Source: Glaucostegus cemiculus
Lineage: Eukaryota
Direction of reading: 5' to 3'
DNA length: 64,000 nucleotides
Assembly (NCBI GenBank): GCA_976551045.1
Contig: CDPCPM010000049.1
Coordinates: 4,836,001 to 4,900,000 of the forward strand
Both the position numbers and the translations under genes were made by a program. How positions within the stretch are numbered: the stretch's first letter is position 1; every line of letters begins with the position of its first letter. Positions 52,191-64,000 of this stretch are shown here, one piece after another. The notes below the pieces were generated by a model. It worked only from the letters and a program-made list of their open reading frames with translations. It did no database searches and was not told the origin of the DNA.

Positions 52191-52223
52191 TCTCTCTCTC
52201 TCTCTCTCTCTCTCCCTCTCTCT
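52191..52223. repeat. (CT)n microsatellite
   Basis: Directly visible, one interruption. Confidence 0.95.
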
Positions 52224-53264
52224 GAGCTATGCTCCGTGGGCAACTACATGCTGATCTTTCCCATGTGAAGCTCAGCAAGGGCACAGAAATAGTGATGATC
52301 TCGGCAGCTCCTACTGGGAAACGTTATGGTTCTGATTTAGCATTCCTTTCCATAGCGCTACTTCAAACCTTTTTTTTTGTCAATTTCACAATGGCTTCAT
52401 GCACCAGAAATAGATGAAGCCCAATTTTTGGCCAAGTTAATGGCTGGCATATTGGTCGGCTTTAGTTGCAAACACTAAACATATTCAACAGAAACATTGA
52501 CTACAGTGGAACTGAATATCAGGAGCTGAGTACAAATGGCAGCTGACGGTTTACCGGAGTGACCATAAAGAAATATTTGCCTCTGGATTCAAATTTTCAC
52601 GGTTATAATATGCAGTGTCAGACTTTACATTTAGAGCAACATTTAAATAACAGTGAGCACAATTTTATTGGACTCAAGGCGATTCACCTAAACCAAAGGA
52701 TGCTGAAACTTTAATTCCAGTTCCAAAACTTAGGGTGGGTGGCTGGATGTGCAAAGATTGGATATAAAGTTGACATTGATTGGATAGTACTAATTGGCAG
52801 GGTATTGTCATGGTTCCGGGTGCTGGCCCTCGATTCGGTTCCATTGATGGTGCCTCGTTGTGCAGTACATGGATTCCATGCACTACTAATGGCATAACAA
52901 CACACACCTGAGCCCCATCAGGAGACTTGCATAAGAACTCTGGTTTCACTAGCACTAGTTGCCAGGGTGTTGGTCAACCTTTGGGTGTACTGTGTTTCCT
53001 GGCAATTCTAGAGCAGGTCTGGTTTCTGTGTTGGGACCCCACCTCAGAGAGCCCTAAGGCAAGATTCCTTCTGGTCACTGCCTGTGTTTGGTTCTGAGGA
53101 AGCATCCTGACTCCAGTGTGCCACATTGGGGTTATCTGTGAGCTTGCTCTTTGCTTGACATTGTGACAGGTATAACCAATATAAATGATAATAGAATGAA
53201 TTCAGTACTTGCCTAATTCAACAAGATATGCATTTTATTAACTTGTTATTTATGCAGATGGAGA

Positions 53265-53590
53265 CCATTCAGCCCATCAGCTCTATTCTATCTCCAAAAT
53301 CCCGTTGGTCCCATTCTCCTTTCTTTATTTCCCTGAGGCCCTGCAATTTATTTTCTTCACATGCCCATCAATTCCTCCTTGATATTTTTGCCATTTACCT
53401 ACATGAAGGGGTTATTCGTAGCAGACAATTAACCTGCTATCACGTTGTTTAGAAGTGAGAGCAAACAAGGGTACCTTTAAGAATCTCATAGGGAGAAATG
53501 TGTAAACTGTACACAGAACACTGAGGTTGGGATTGAACCCTAATCCCTGGAACTGTGAGGCAGCAGCATTAACTGTGGCACCACTACATA
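53265..53590 (-). mobile_element. Decayed V-SINE
   Basis: gggattgaaccc B-box; tail accattcagcccatc. Confidence 0.5.
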
Positions 53591-54257
53591 AAATATGTGT
53601 AATCTCCATGAAAGAATGGCACTTTTACCAAATTTCCATCAAAGTTACAATCATGGAGTGGGATAAGTCTTGAGGAACTTCTCCCATTTTGTAAGTTTGA
53701 ATTGCATGATAGGATATATTAACAGAGAAAGTCGATTTTAAAAATGCTAGTAGGTGCAGTGTCATGAAGAGATCTGAATCAGATGATGTATTTTTAAAAA
53801 AACAATTGTAATAAATACTGCACCCAACTTGTGACTGATTTTGTACCACTCACATGTTATGTACAATGATTGTTAGAAATAGCACACCGATTCAAAAAAA
53901 AACCCATTAACTCATTCTTTATTGTTCAATAAAGGCAACACTTACTCAATCTTTACCTGGAAAGCACAGCAAAGATTAACGTCTAGGTTCAGAGGAAAAG
54001 ACTAGGCTTGTAGATTTTTTGTTATTTTTTGCCATACTTAGAAAGGTTTAGTTGATTTTTTTTGTTTTAAGAGTAATTATTTGCAATCTATTTGTTAATT
54101 ACATTTTGTTGAAAGCCTGATTTAGCTTAAGCAGACTTGATTGAAATGTGCATTGGAAATTGAGGTAAATAGATAAACCAATCAGATAATTTTATAACAA
54201 TCTGGAGAGCAAAACAGTGAAGTGAAGAAAATCAGAAATGAGAAAATATTGAGTTTT

Positions 54258-54469
54258 TAGCATAAAATAAATACTTTATTTTTAGCAGATTTTCTTCCTA
54301 GTCTTCTTGAGTACAGAGTAAAGAATAATGTGAATCACCCCAAAATACAGAGAAAGTTTGCAATAGCATAAAATAAATACTTTATTTTTAGCAGATTTTC
54401 TTCCTAGTCTTCTTGAGTACAGAGTAAAGAATAATGTGAATCACCCCAAAATACAGAGAAAGTTTGCAA
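54258..54469 (+). repeat. Perfect tandem duplication, 2 x 106 bp
   Basis: tagcataaaataaatac...agtttgcaa at 54258 and 54364, identical by eye. Confidence 0.95.
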
Positions 54470-54877
54470 TGTACTTTATGATAATTCTTATTACTTAATA
54501 AAATAAAACATCTTTTTTAAAGAAATAACAACACCTGCATGGTTTAATGAACAGGTCCTGACTTTCTAAGCATTCCATCAAACAATGTGAAAGTCTGGAA
54601 TTATAAAAGCGATCAACAATCCCTGTAAACTATTAGTCTCTCAGCATAATGCAAATAGCAAAGTGAGGAGTGATTTGATTTGCATTATAAGTGCCCTGCT
54701 ATTAGAGGAACTGTTGAATGAAGAAAGTAATTACACCAAAAGAGATATTTTCAGATTGGCATTGAAATGTACACACTGGTTGAGTACATGGCTTGCTTGT
54801 TTAAATTTATTCATCCATTGGATAAGATTTAATTATTGTTATAAGGGAGCTGAAAAGGGTTAAAAAGGAGTTGAAGA

Positions 54878-55170
54878 GGGCAGACATGGCAGCATATTGG
54901 TTAGCATAATGTTTTGCAGTGCCAGAGACCCAGGTTCAAATCCTGCCATTGTCTGTAAAGAGTTTGTACGTTCTCCCTGTGTCTGTGTGGGTTTCCTCCG
55001 GGTGCTCCGGTTTCCTCCCACATTCCAAAGATGTACAGGTTAGGAAGTTATGGGCATGCTATGTTGGTGCTGGAAGTGTGGCGACACTTGCAGGCTGCCC
55101 CCCCAAAAATCACTGTGCAAAAGATGTATTTCACTGTGTGTTTTGATGTACATGTGACTAATAAAGATCT
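54878..55170 (+). mobile_element. V-SINE with Rex-like tail
   Basis: B-box ggttcaaatcc; gggtttcctccgggtgctccggtttcctcccac; tail tttcactgtgtgttttgatgtacatgtgactaataaag. Confidence 0.85.
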
Positions 55171-55673
55171 TATTGTTTATGTTCTGCATCAACTTAGGGA
55201 ATGGCTTTCAAGCATGGAGAAATTTATTAACAATTAGTTCATCATTATCAGCTACTCGATATAGGGCCTTATTGTACTGAGGCAAAGGACCTGAATTTAC
55301 TACAGAGTCACCATCAAGTATGAATGCAAATTTATCATGGTGACCCTTATGACATTGATGTTTCATCATTACCCTGTTAAAAAAAGTGTCAGCATTCACT
55401 CTCAAAGCTATAAATGGAGCAGGTATTTGAGGACTACAAACTGTGATAGAACTGCAATGGAGCAGGAATAATACTGCCTTCTGCAGAGGAGAGATGAAAA
55501 CTACAATTGAAGTGTGCCAAGAAGCAGAGTTTCTTTACTTGAGCTGCTGCACAAATAGCTAACTTTGAAAACTGTATTAAAATATGAAGACATGCTCCAA
55601 ACCTTTTGGTAAATTGAAGAGGTTGTGTATGGCAAAGAAGTCATGTTTAGTAATGCAGGAATAATGTTGCAGG

Positions 55674-55679
55674 TTTATT
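55674..55679 (-). terminator. ASB15: Candidate ASB15 poly(A) signal (AATAAA on minus strand)
   Basis: tttatt on plus strand about 310 nt downstream of the stop; further hexamers near 55223 and 54275/54381. Confidence 0.35.
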
Positions 55680-55986
55680 CTGCTGGACATGCAGGAGATT
55701 GTTCTAAGACAAAGGCTTCTGGTTGGTTCAGTTTTCTATTTGAAAAACTCTGTATTTTTATCTTTTGTGATTTGCAAATATTGTAATTGCAGAGTAGTTT
55801 AACTAGAAGTGCTCCAATGCTTAAAGCTGCAGACTTATTATTTGTTGTACTAACTGTACTGGCTGATTCAGCAAGACGGTGGTTCACTGCAGTTGGTAAT
55901 CCAATGGTTTTATGACCAATTTAGGAATATGAATTATAATGCTCCATAACTATAATTATGGCACATAATGATTATAGTTCACATTA

Positions 55987-56162
55987 CTAATGCAGTGGAT
56001 CAAGACCTCTTCCATATAGATCATATTCCTTATACAAGAGGTAATCCACAAGCACTGGAGGGAGAGGAAGCAATGCTAAACATGTAGGGTCTTGCAGCCG
56101 CCTTTGCCCCATATTTTTCCGGATTTTCAGTCGGCACAAATGCTTCAAATGACGAGGGTTTT
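55987..56162 (-). CDS. ASB15: ASB15 last coding exon: SOCS box (absent from ORF track)
   Basis: ttttcttgcag|AA...; [58 protein letters not shown]-stop; BC-box and LPLP cullin-5 box. Confidence 0.94.
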
Positions 56163-56644
56163 CTGCAAGAAAAGCAAAGGTTGTTTCAATGTTGTTTTTC
56201 TAATGTGTGGATTTTAACTGGGTCAGAGTTACTTTAAATACTAGAAAAAAAACACTAAGATACCAATACCACAGAGCAGAATCTGACCCAGCAGGCTTCC
56301 CATTGACATTGTATTATAAAAGCATAATGTTCTTTGCATATTTTTGAATGCAAGTTTGAGGAACAGGTATTCAATTCTTTGTCTCTTGGAGCAGCCAAAA
56401 AGACACAAAAACTTACAAACATAATTTAGAATTCCTTTTAACATAAAGCAATGGGTTTAACTTTGGTTCTACATTCAGTTCCTGCAATATGTTGAATTTG
56501 TGTGTCTTAGCAAGGCCAAAGCTCGGACTGCTAATTAAATCTTCAATGACTCTTGAGATGATAATGACGGAGGTTGGGCAGGGGAAGTCTGCCAAACTTG
56601 CTGTTCAATTGAATATTGTTGGTGCATATATTTTGGATGCTTTT

Positions 56645-57830
56645 TTTTCTTTTAAATTCATTTATAGGATCTGGGTGTCAACGACGAGGCCATCATTTAT
56701 TGTCATCTTTCATTGCCCTTAAGAAAGTGATGGTGAGTAACTGCCTTCAGCTGAAGGGACTCCCACAATTTTACCAGGTGCAAAGTTTCAGAACTTCAAC
56801 CCTGCAACACTGAAGGGATGGCAATATATTTCTAAGCCAGGATGGTGTCTTAGTTGGTGGGGCTTAGAGCAGGAGGGCATGTACCCATATGCCTGCTGCA
56901 CTTGTCCTTCTTGATGGTACAGGGAGTGGGACTGGGAGGTGAAGACAGAATGGCCTGAGGGAATGCTGTATACATTGCAGATTCTAAACAATGCAGCCAT
57001 AATCTGCTGGCGGTGGAGGGAATGAAAAGGTTAAGGGGGTTGATGGGGTGCCAATCCAGAAGGCTGCTTGGATGGGGTTCAGCTTTTCCAGTGTTCTTCG
57101 AGCTACACTTGTGGAGGGTATTCTGTCACATTACTGACTTATGTCTTGCGGGTGGCAGTAAATCTATGGGATGTCAGGAGGTGAGTTACTTCAGCAAGAT
57201 ACTTTGACCTGCTCCTGTAGCCTCAGTGTTAATGCAGCTGGTTCAACTGTTTTTTTGGTCAATAATGACCCCCAGGATGGTTTGGGATTTGCCAATGGTG
57301 ATACCACTGAATGTCTAGGGTAGATGGTTAGATTCTCTCTTGCTGGAAATAAACACTGCCTGGCATTTGAGAGGTCCAAATATTATTTGCCAGTTATCAG
57401 TTCATGAATAAATATTGTCTAGGTCTTGCTGTATGCAGGCATACATTGTTTCTTGTTCTAAAGGGTTGTGAATGGAAGTGAACATTGTGCAATGATTAGC
57501 AAACATCCACACTTTAGATATTAGAATAGAGGGAAGGTCATTGATAAAACAGTGGAAAATGGTTGGGTTTGGGATACTGGCCTGAGGGACTCCTGCAGCA
57601 ATGTCCTGGGGCTGGGATGATTGGCCTTCAATAACCACAAGAGGCTTTTATTTGAGGCATGGCGCCAACCAGTGGAGTGTTTTCCCCTTGATGCTGATCA
57701 ACTTCAGTTTTACAAGGGCTCCTTGATGCTACATTTGCTCAAATGTTACTTTGATAAAAATGACAATCATACACACCTCACCTCCTTCACTTATGTCTGG
57801 ACTAAGGCTGTAATTAGAATTGAGTGGTCC
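56645..57830 (-). mobile_element. L2/CR1-like LINE 3' portion in ASB15 last intron
   Basis: GQSSQPQDIAAGVPQASIPNPTIFHCFINDLPS...MFANHCTMF (decayed RT motifs). Confidence 0.75.
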
Positions 57831-60195
57831 TGTTTGCTTGAGGGAGATCAATGAGGTGACCTGGTCAATGGTTGAACATTTGGGTGCTGAAATCACTGTG
57901 TCCTCTGACAGTTTACTAATGCATTATTTCTGCATTTGATTGGCAAAAATGCTCAAACACGATAGGGCAGGGCAGTAACATAATGTCAGGGTAATCCTTG
58001 CACAAGTTGCTGCTCCCTTTGCCTGGTGGAAAGGCAGCTTGCTCATCCTAGGCCAGTGGTGGGCTCATGAGGGATCTTCAGCAGCAGGACTAAGATTTGC
58101 AAGTGGCCAAATCAAGGAGCTTGTGGATCCTGCTACAATGTTTCCAGTTCAAATGCAGATGCTTGTGGTCACCTGGCCTGCCAAAGGAGGCAGGAACTAG
58201 CAGGATGAAAAGAAGTCAGTTCCCAGGTACTGAACAGCAATCCCCCTTTGAAGAGGTCTTGCTGAAACAATGACCCCCGCTTTCTGAGGATGAAGGGAGG
58301 ACTGCTTTGAGAGTAAGAAAAGTGCAGGGTGCCTGGAATTGGGAATAGTATGACGGGAATGCTTATGTCTGCAGGCCAAGCTCTCATCAAATGGTTTAAA
58401 CACTGTGTTGATCGTACAAATGGAAACAACATTGAGTTACATGGACTGTACATCACAGAGTGTGGCTGCCTGGCTCAATCAGTTTGCATCAATTGATATC
58501 CCAATCCCTGATGTTTCATTACCATATCTTTTTTATCCCCTTTCGTTCAAGTAGTCATCAAATATTCTCAGTGGTCTCTGCTTCAGTCATTATTTCTGCT
58601 AATGCATTCCACAGTCTCTCATTCTATGCACAAAAGGGGATTGCTTGTCTAGCTCTCTGCCCTAAATTCCTTATGTTTAATTTTACATCTATGTCCCCTA
58701 ATTCTAGACCCTTTAACCACTGCAAATGTGTCCTGGAAGAGTTAATAATCTCAACGTGAAAGCAATCGGAAATAACATCAACCAAAGCTGTTAGAAGCCT
58801 GACCTTTGTTCCAGCTGCAAATGTACATTCAGACCCGTCACAGGGATCTGCTGAGCTCAATTCTCAAAGGACATTATCGGACATTGACTATTTAAAAACA
58901 TATATTCAAAATGAACTGTAAAAATAATGGTGATTTGAAAAGCAGTTTAATGAAGGAGCTTCTGTCTTGAATTCACAAGTTTAATATACTGTCAGCAGTG
59001 AGGTGGGAAATAACTCCAGTCTTTCAAAGAGCACTAGTTTTACAGATGACTCATCCTTTCTCCATCTGGTAAATTATTCTTGTTCTTTAATGGAATTTTA
59101 TCCTGGTATTTTCACTTTTCTGCATCAAATAGTGGTGTTAAGATAAGAAATAAGAGAAGAAAGATACATCATTGTGATGCCATGGACTGTGGAAATATAA
59201 GGCATAAAAAGCAATTTTCTATTTTAAAAGTTGATGGGCATAAATGGAGGAGGAAGGAAATTGCCAGAATCAATAGAATGCCTTCTTCAAATTTCCCTCC
59301 AATACTAACATTAATTATACTGGTTGATGGCCAAGTGGTGCTGCAGTTGTGGCTCTACCAATCTGGCACCAATCTACCAATATATCTGCAGAATGCTGCC
59401 ACCATGTTTAAAATAAGCTTCCTTCATTAATCTTAAGATACGGATCTCGTAACAAGCCAGTGGCTGGGTGAGGCAAGGAACAAGTCCCAGAAAACACAGT
59501 CCTCCAAGTGTCTATAAAAACATTTTTGTGATTTGTTTTGAATTCTACTACTGCTGTGATAAACCTGCTGCATTAATTTTAAGACCCCAATTCACTATTT
59601 ACTCTTATCCAACAATGGACCTTTAAAATGAGAAGCAGTAAAATATAAATATAGCTTGCAAATGGTCAGCTGAACATCTTTATATTTATGTGATGCTTGA
59701 ATGATAACTGAGGGAAAATAAACTTCCTGTGTTTGTTATTATTAGGCACTTGCCAAATGAATTACAAATTTAATATTTGAGTGCTATAAAACAGAATTAA
59801 GGGACTATCATGGAGACACAAGAGACTGCAGATGCTGGAACCTGAGCAGCTCATTTTTTGCTCAAGGAACCATTATTCTCACAGTAAAAAGATACAAACC
59901 ACCAAAAGTGAGGAATAATCTTTGAAAAAGGGAGAACTACATTCAAAAGGCTGAACTAATGGGGAAAATACTGGACAATACCAATATCCAGACAGTATCA
60001 GAAACTATTTCAGGTGGGGACACTTTATCAAAAGCTCTTCCTGGGGAACTGCCTCACTCACATTAAACATGCCACATTCTTTTGCAACCTTCTACATGTT
60101 ATGTCCCATGCTACCCCACCACCCCCCTGCCGCTCTTTTTTTTCTAAATCTTCACACTTTGGTGACTGAGCAATGGATGAAAATGGCAGATTTAC

Positions 60196-60349
60196 CCATG
60201 ATGTGACAGATTTCAGGCCATTCCTTTTGCTTCTCAAGTACAGGCTTTAATTTCACACAGAAGGAAACGTAATCCACGTAATCTATCAGCACACGCACAA
60301 CCCTTCCGACCAAGTGACTCATCCATGGTACGGTAATGAACTCGCAGAA
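60196..60349 (-). CDS. ASB15: ASB15 penultimate coding exon (absent from ORF track)
   Basis: tttgtag|TTC...ATGG|gtaaat; [51 protein letters not shown]. Confidence 0.94.
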
Positions 60350-60389
60350 CTACAAATAAGATCAAAGAACAGTCAACTCTAACAGTGCT

Positions 60390-61010
60390 TTTCCAAGTTA
60401 GTCAGATGAAAACTGACCCCTGAGCCAACGATGGACATGTCAGGATAGGTGTATCAAAGCTTGGTTAAAGGGATGTTTTAAATAAGGCATTAAAGATGAA
60501 GAATGAGAGTGGTGTGATTTCAGTCAATGGTTAGCAAAGGGACTGAGCCCAGTGGCAGTCAACAGAAAGCTTTCATAAGGTTGTAGGGCAGGGGGGAGGT
60601 TAGGAAGGGGGTAAAGACCAAGAGGAATGTGAACATAAGGGTAACAATCTCACAACCAAGGTGTTGGTGAACTCTGAGCAACCAAAGGGGAACAATTGAA
60701 ACTTTATGCAAGATAGAACATTGGCACGATATTAGATGATCTCAAGTTTGGCTCGTGTGCACAGTGGGAGGCCAGCCTGGAATTAGAGTTAACAGAAACA
60801 TTGATCAGAGAGCTGGTGGCAGAAAAGCTGAGGCAGAAATGGAGATCCTTTCCTTGAGGTGGTCTTGCAATGGGGAGACAATGGAGTTTAGCTTGGAGCA
60901 CCACTGTTGTAATGTGGTGCAATCTGAGGGAGTGGACAAGGGATGGGATTAACCATGAGGGGCCAAAGTATGCTGAGGACAAAGGCAAGAGGGGCTAAAT
61001 CAAAGAGCCC
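60390..61010 (-). mobile_element. L2-like LINE relic
   Basis: Same textual pattern as 13900-14285; decayed. Confidence 0.4.
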
Positions 61011-62734
61011 CTGTAAGTAGTTGTGGGGGATCACAATGTACAATTAACCTAAGCTTGAACCTCCAGTGGAAGCAGCTCAACAACTCCACGTTTCCTGCTG
61101 ATATGTATGATACCTGCACGGAGCCAGCATTAACCACACTGATTATCTCACCACCTCAGTTAGGGGAAGGCGGGGGGGGAGATTTGATCCTGTAAAATGG
61201 GCTCACAACAGTTAAAGCCAAGCTGCTGAGCTTAAACTTGCTTAACCTTCTTGTATTGTGGGTGTGTCACGGCTGCAGCAGCTGCTGGCAGGAATTCTGG
61301 AAATTATTCGGACCCACGGGCATTTCAAGAATGGCACGGCAGTGGAGAAAGGGAGCTTGGGGTTTTCCCACACTGCACTGGAAGTGGAGGAGGTACAATT
61401 TAAGAGTGATCTCTTGTAGCTGCAGATGCTGCCAGGAGCCTCGTGTCTATTGCTCACGTCATCCACACACTGCCAGATATTCAGGCACACAACCTGAACA
61501 CTTGGGTGGCATTCATTGACACACTTTCCTCTCTCTCGGAGAAAAGGTGGCAGGTGATTATGGGCAGCAGTAGCTAATCAACAAGGGTGGGCAGCACAAC
61601 ACTGCCATACATACAGCAAAGAGACATAGATCACTTTAACCTGAGTGACCATTTCTTGGTCTGCAATCAGTGATGAAGGTATCCCCATACCAAATCACCT
61701 TCCCATATTTCCACTGCCTGTGCATCCCACAACTTCTTACGATTTACAAAGGACAGATGCTGCAAGTGGCACCTCTAACTTTTTCTGCTTTACACCTCCC
61801 TGTCCCCCTCTCCTCCCAGCCCCAGCATGACCCAGTATCTGAAGTAAGACCCTACCCTTATACCTTTCTCTTTACTGAGAGCCAAGAACTGCAACTCAGC
61901 CAGTCAGTGGTAGAACAGCAAGAAGAGAGGGAGGAAGAAGTTATTTTATATTGTTAGACCTGTTCCTGTAGACCTTAGCAATCTTAAATAGTTCCTGAAG
62001 GCACCAAACCCTTGTAGAATTGTAGTAGCAACCAGCAGAAATCAATCAGCAAATGAAATGTAAATAGTGTCTGTCTTTCCTGCTGTTCAGCTCCTGTTAA
62101 GAAAGAGCGATAGCTGGAGCATGCTGCTCCATTTTGGCAGCATTGGCATCAAATCTTTAATTGACATCATAATTTTCCTGTTCTGCACATCTCTGGCAGG
62201 CTTTATTGCACTTGTGCTAAAGCCCTTACCAATACGGCAGCTCATGTGACTCATCCTGTAAGTACTGTATGCACATGCACATTGCTCATAATGTGGATCC
62301 AACTTGGCAACCATTGCACCCAAATGATGGGTGCTGTTGTAGTCAAACGCTGAGGCCAATTATTTCTGATGAGTGTCCACCAGCCTCTTCCAAAGCAGGG
62401 AACAGCATCACATTGACATAGCAAAACAATACAAATCAAGTGGAAATGAACACAGGACTAATTAGAATCAGAGATGTCCAGAGCTGAGGAAGTCCTTGTT
62501 TTAAAGGGGCACATTTGATTTATAAATTAGAGTAGCTCGTATCAGCTGAATTTTCAATATTTCTTTAGAATTGCTTTATGTTTAGAGTGTTCTAAACCTA
62601 CGTTTTGCTGGTGAAGTCTATTGCCACTTCCGGACCTCTGAGTTCACATTGGAATTTGCTCCCTGCATTAAGCTGAAGAGGGAGAGGGTGAGTGAAGTGT
62701 TTCAGGTTAAGTCACCAGTATAAATTTGGGCTAC

Positions 62735-63100
62735 TATTGCTTGCACAGTGTTTGCATCAGTGGGCGGTCAGTAAAACAATTGGATGAATGATCTTGAGAT
62801 TCAAAATTCCACCACTGCAGTTGGGAGATTTAAATTTAATTAAAGAAATCTGGAATACAAAGTTGGTATTGGAAGTAATGACCATGAAACCACCAGACAG
62901 TCATGAAGAAAAAACATCCTGGTCACTAATGTCTGTTAGGGATAGAAATTTACCCACATTGGCAAGTTTGCCCAATACATGACCCAAGACAACATGATGA
63001 CTTTGTAGTGGTCTAAGAGGCCACTCAGTTAGTTTTCAGGGAGGGCAAAGAGTGTTGACCTTGCCATTTGAGCCCACAAGCATGAGTGAATAAAGATAAA
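62735..63100 (+). mobile_element. Decayed SINE with L2/CR1-like tail
   Basis: ttcaaaattccacc B-box-like; taatgaccatgaaac...ctggtcactaatgtc; tail ccttgcc...gcccac...gaataaa. Confidence 0.5.
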
Positions 63101-63195
63101 CAGAAGACAATTATTGAATTACTTTGAAATCGAATGACTGCTATACTGCAGAATCAATTCATAGCACACACTGCAAACAGAAGCAGGTCACTTAC

Positions 63196-63739
63196 TGAGG
63201 TGATATAGGACTTTGATTCAATCACTCGATGGAGAAGAAACCTTCCAAGGCTGTCGGAGTGTATGCAGTCAAAGCACATTGGTACGTTGTAGCCATTATT
63301 GAGCAAGAGCCTCAGCATCATTTCATCTTTTACAGCATACTGGATGGCAGTAGGAAAGTGAGTATCATTAATTAGTGTGAAGTAGCTGTTGACATTGGCG
63401 CCGTGACGTAGGAGTAATCGCACCAGCTCATGATTCCCTTCTCTCACTGCTACAAGGAGGCAGGAGAGCGGGTCTTGGTTTTGTAGTGCACCCCCTTTCA
63501 GCAGGAGCTCAGTGCAGGCAATATCATTATTAGATACAGCAATAAACAGAGCTGTCCTCCGCTTATCATCATAGGTTGCAGCTATCTCTTCATTTATAAC
63601 TGCATTGACATCAAATCCACTTTCAATCAGTAGTTCCAGGCACTGGTTACTGCCATTGTCAGCAGCCAAATGGATTGGATTTATCCCACTTCTCTTAATT
63701 GCAGACTTCCGAGTGACTGGAATTAGAAGCTTCAAGGCC
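63196..63739 (-). CDS. ASB15: ASB15 large ankyrin-repeat exon (gene starts beyond window end)
   Basis: catctgcag|GGCC...TCA|gtaagt; [27 protein letters not shown]...[11 protein letters not shown]...[27 protein letters not shown], closely matching ASB15; synteny with LMOD2/WASL. Confidence 0.93.
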
Positions 63740-63759
63740 CTGCAGATGATAATATAGAT

Positions 63760-64000
63760 ACGATCTTTATTAGTCACATGTACATCAAAACACAGTGAAA
63801 CGCATCTTTGCATAGAGTGTTCTGGGGGCAGCCCGCAAGTGTCGCCACGCTTCCAGCGCCAACTTAGCATGCCCACAACTTCCAAACCTGTACATCTTTG
63901 GAACGTGGGAGGAAATCGGAGCACCCGGAGGAAACCCACGCAGTCATGGGGAGAACGTACAAACTCCTTACGGACAGCGGCGGGGATTGAACCTGGGTTG
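63760..64000 (-). mobile_element. V-SINE with Rex-like tail, running off window end
   Basis: Reverse complement closely matches 54930-55170. Confidence 0.88.

Noticed and set aside
52674-52955. Faint PIF/Harbinger transposase-like words (GSIDG, HGFHA), with similar hints at 61.0-62.4 kb
   Set aside because: Motifs are too short and out of frame; they cannot be supported without a profile search.
63740-63939. N-terminal extension of the 261-aa ankyrin ORF ([12 protein letters not shown]...)
   Set aside because: This is SINE and intron sequence that happens to be open in frame; a canonical acceptor lies at 63740-63741.

Overview
This is eukaryotic, intron-rich vertebrate genomic DNA. The repeat landscape (CR1, Rex/Babar-like and L2-like LINE relics, V-domain SINEs, Penelope-like ends) points to a cartilaginous fish, possibly a batoid; that taxon call is an inference. 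Three genes were reconstructed by hand from splice sites and translation. (1) The last eight coding exons of WASL/N-WASP (+, 1202-23184). (2) A complete three-exon LMOD2/leiomodin-2 (+, 28344-36188, 558 aa). (3) The last three coding exons of ASB15 (-, 63739-55987). Most ORF-track entries are spurious or TE-derived. I see no CRISPR, tRNA or rRNA genes and no demonstrably new system. The best leads are: LMOD2 is flipped relative to the human ASB15-LMOD2-WASL arrangement; WASL and LMOD2 share an identical phase-0 intron inside their WH2 motif, hinting at the origin of the leiomodin tail; a candidate frame-preserving 57-nt WASL cassette exon; a SINE tail that may supply the branch point of an ASB15 exon; decayed Penelope-type hammerhead ribozyme motifs; and a CpG/motif-rich island at 50-52 kb that may be an unannotated transcript. 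All alignments were done by eye, and TE boundaries are approximate.
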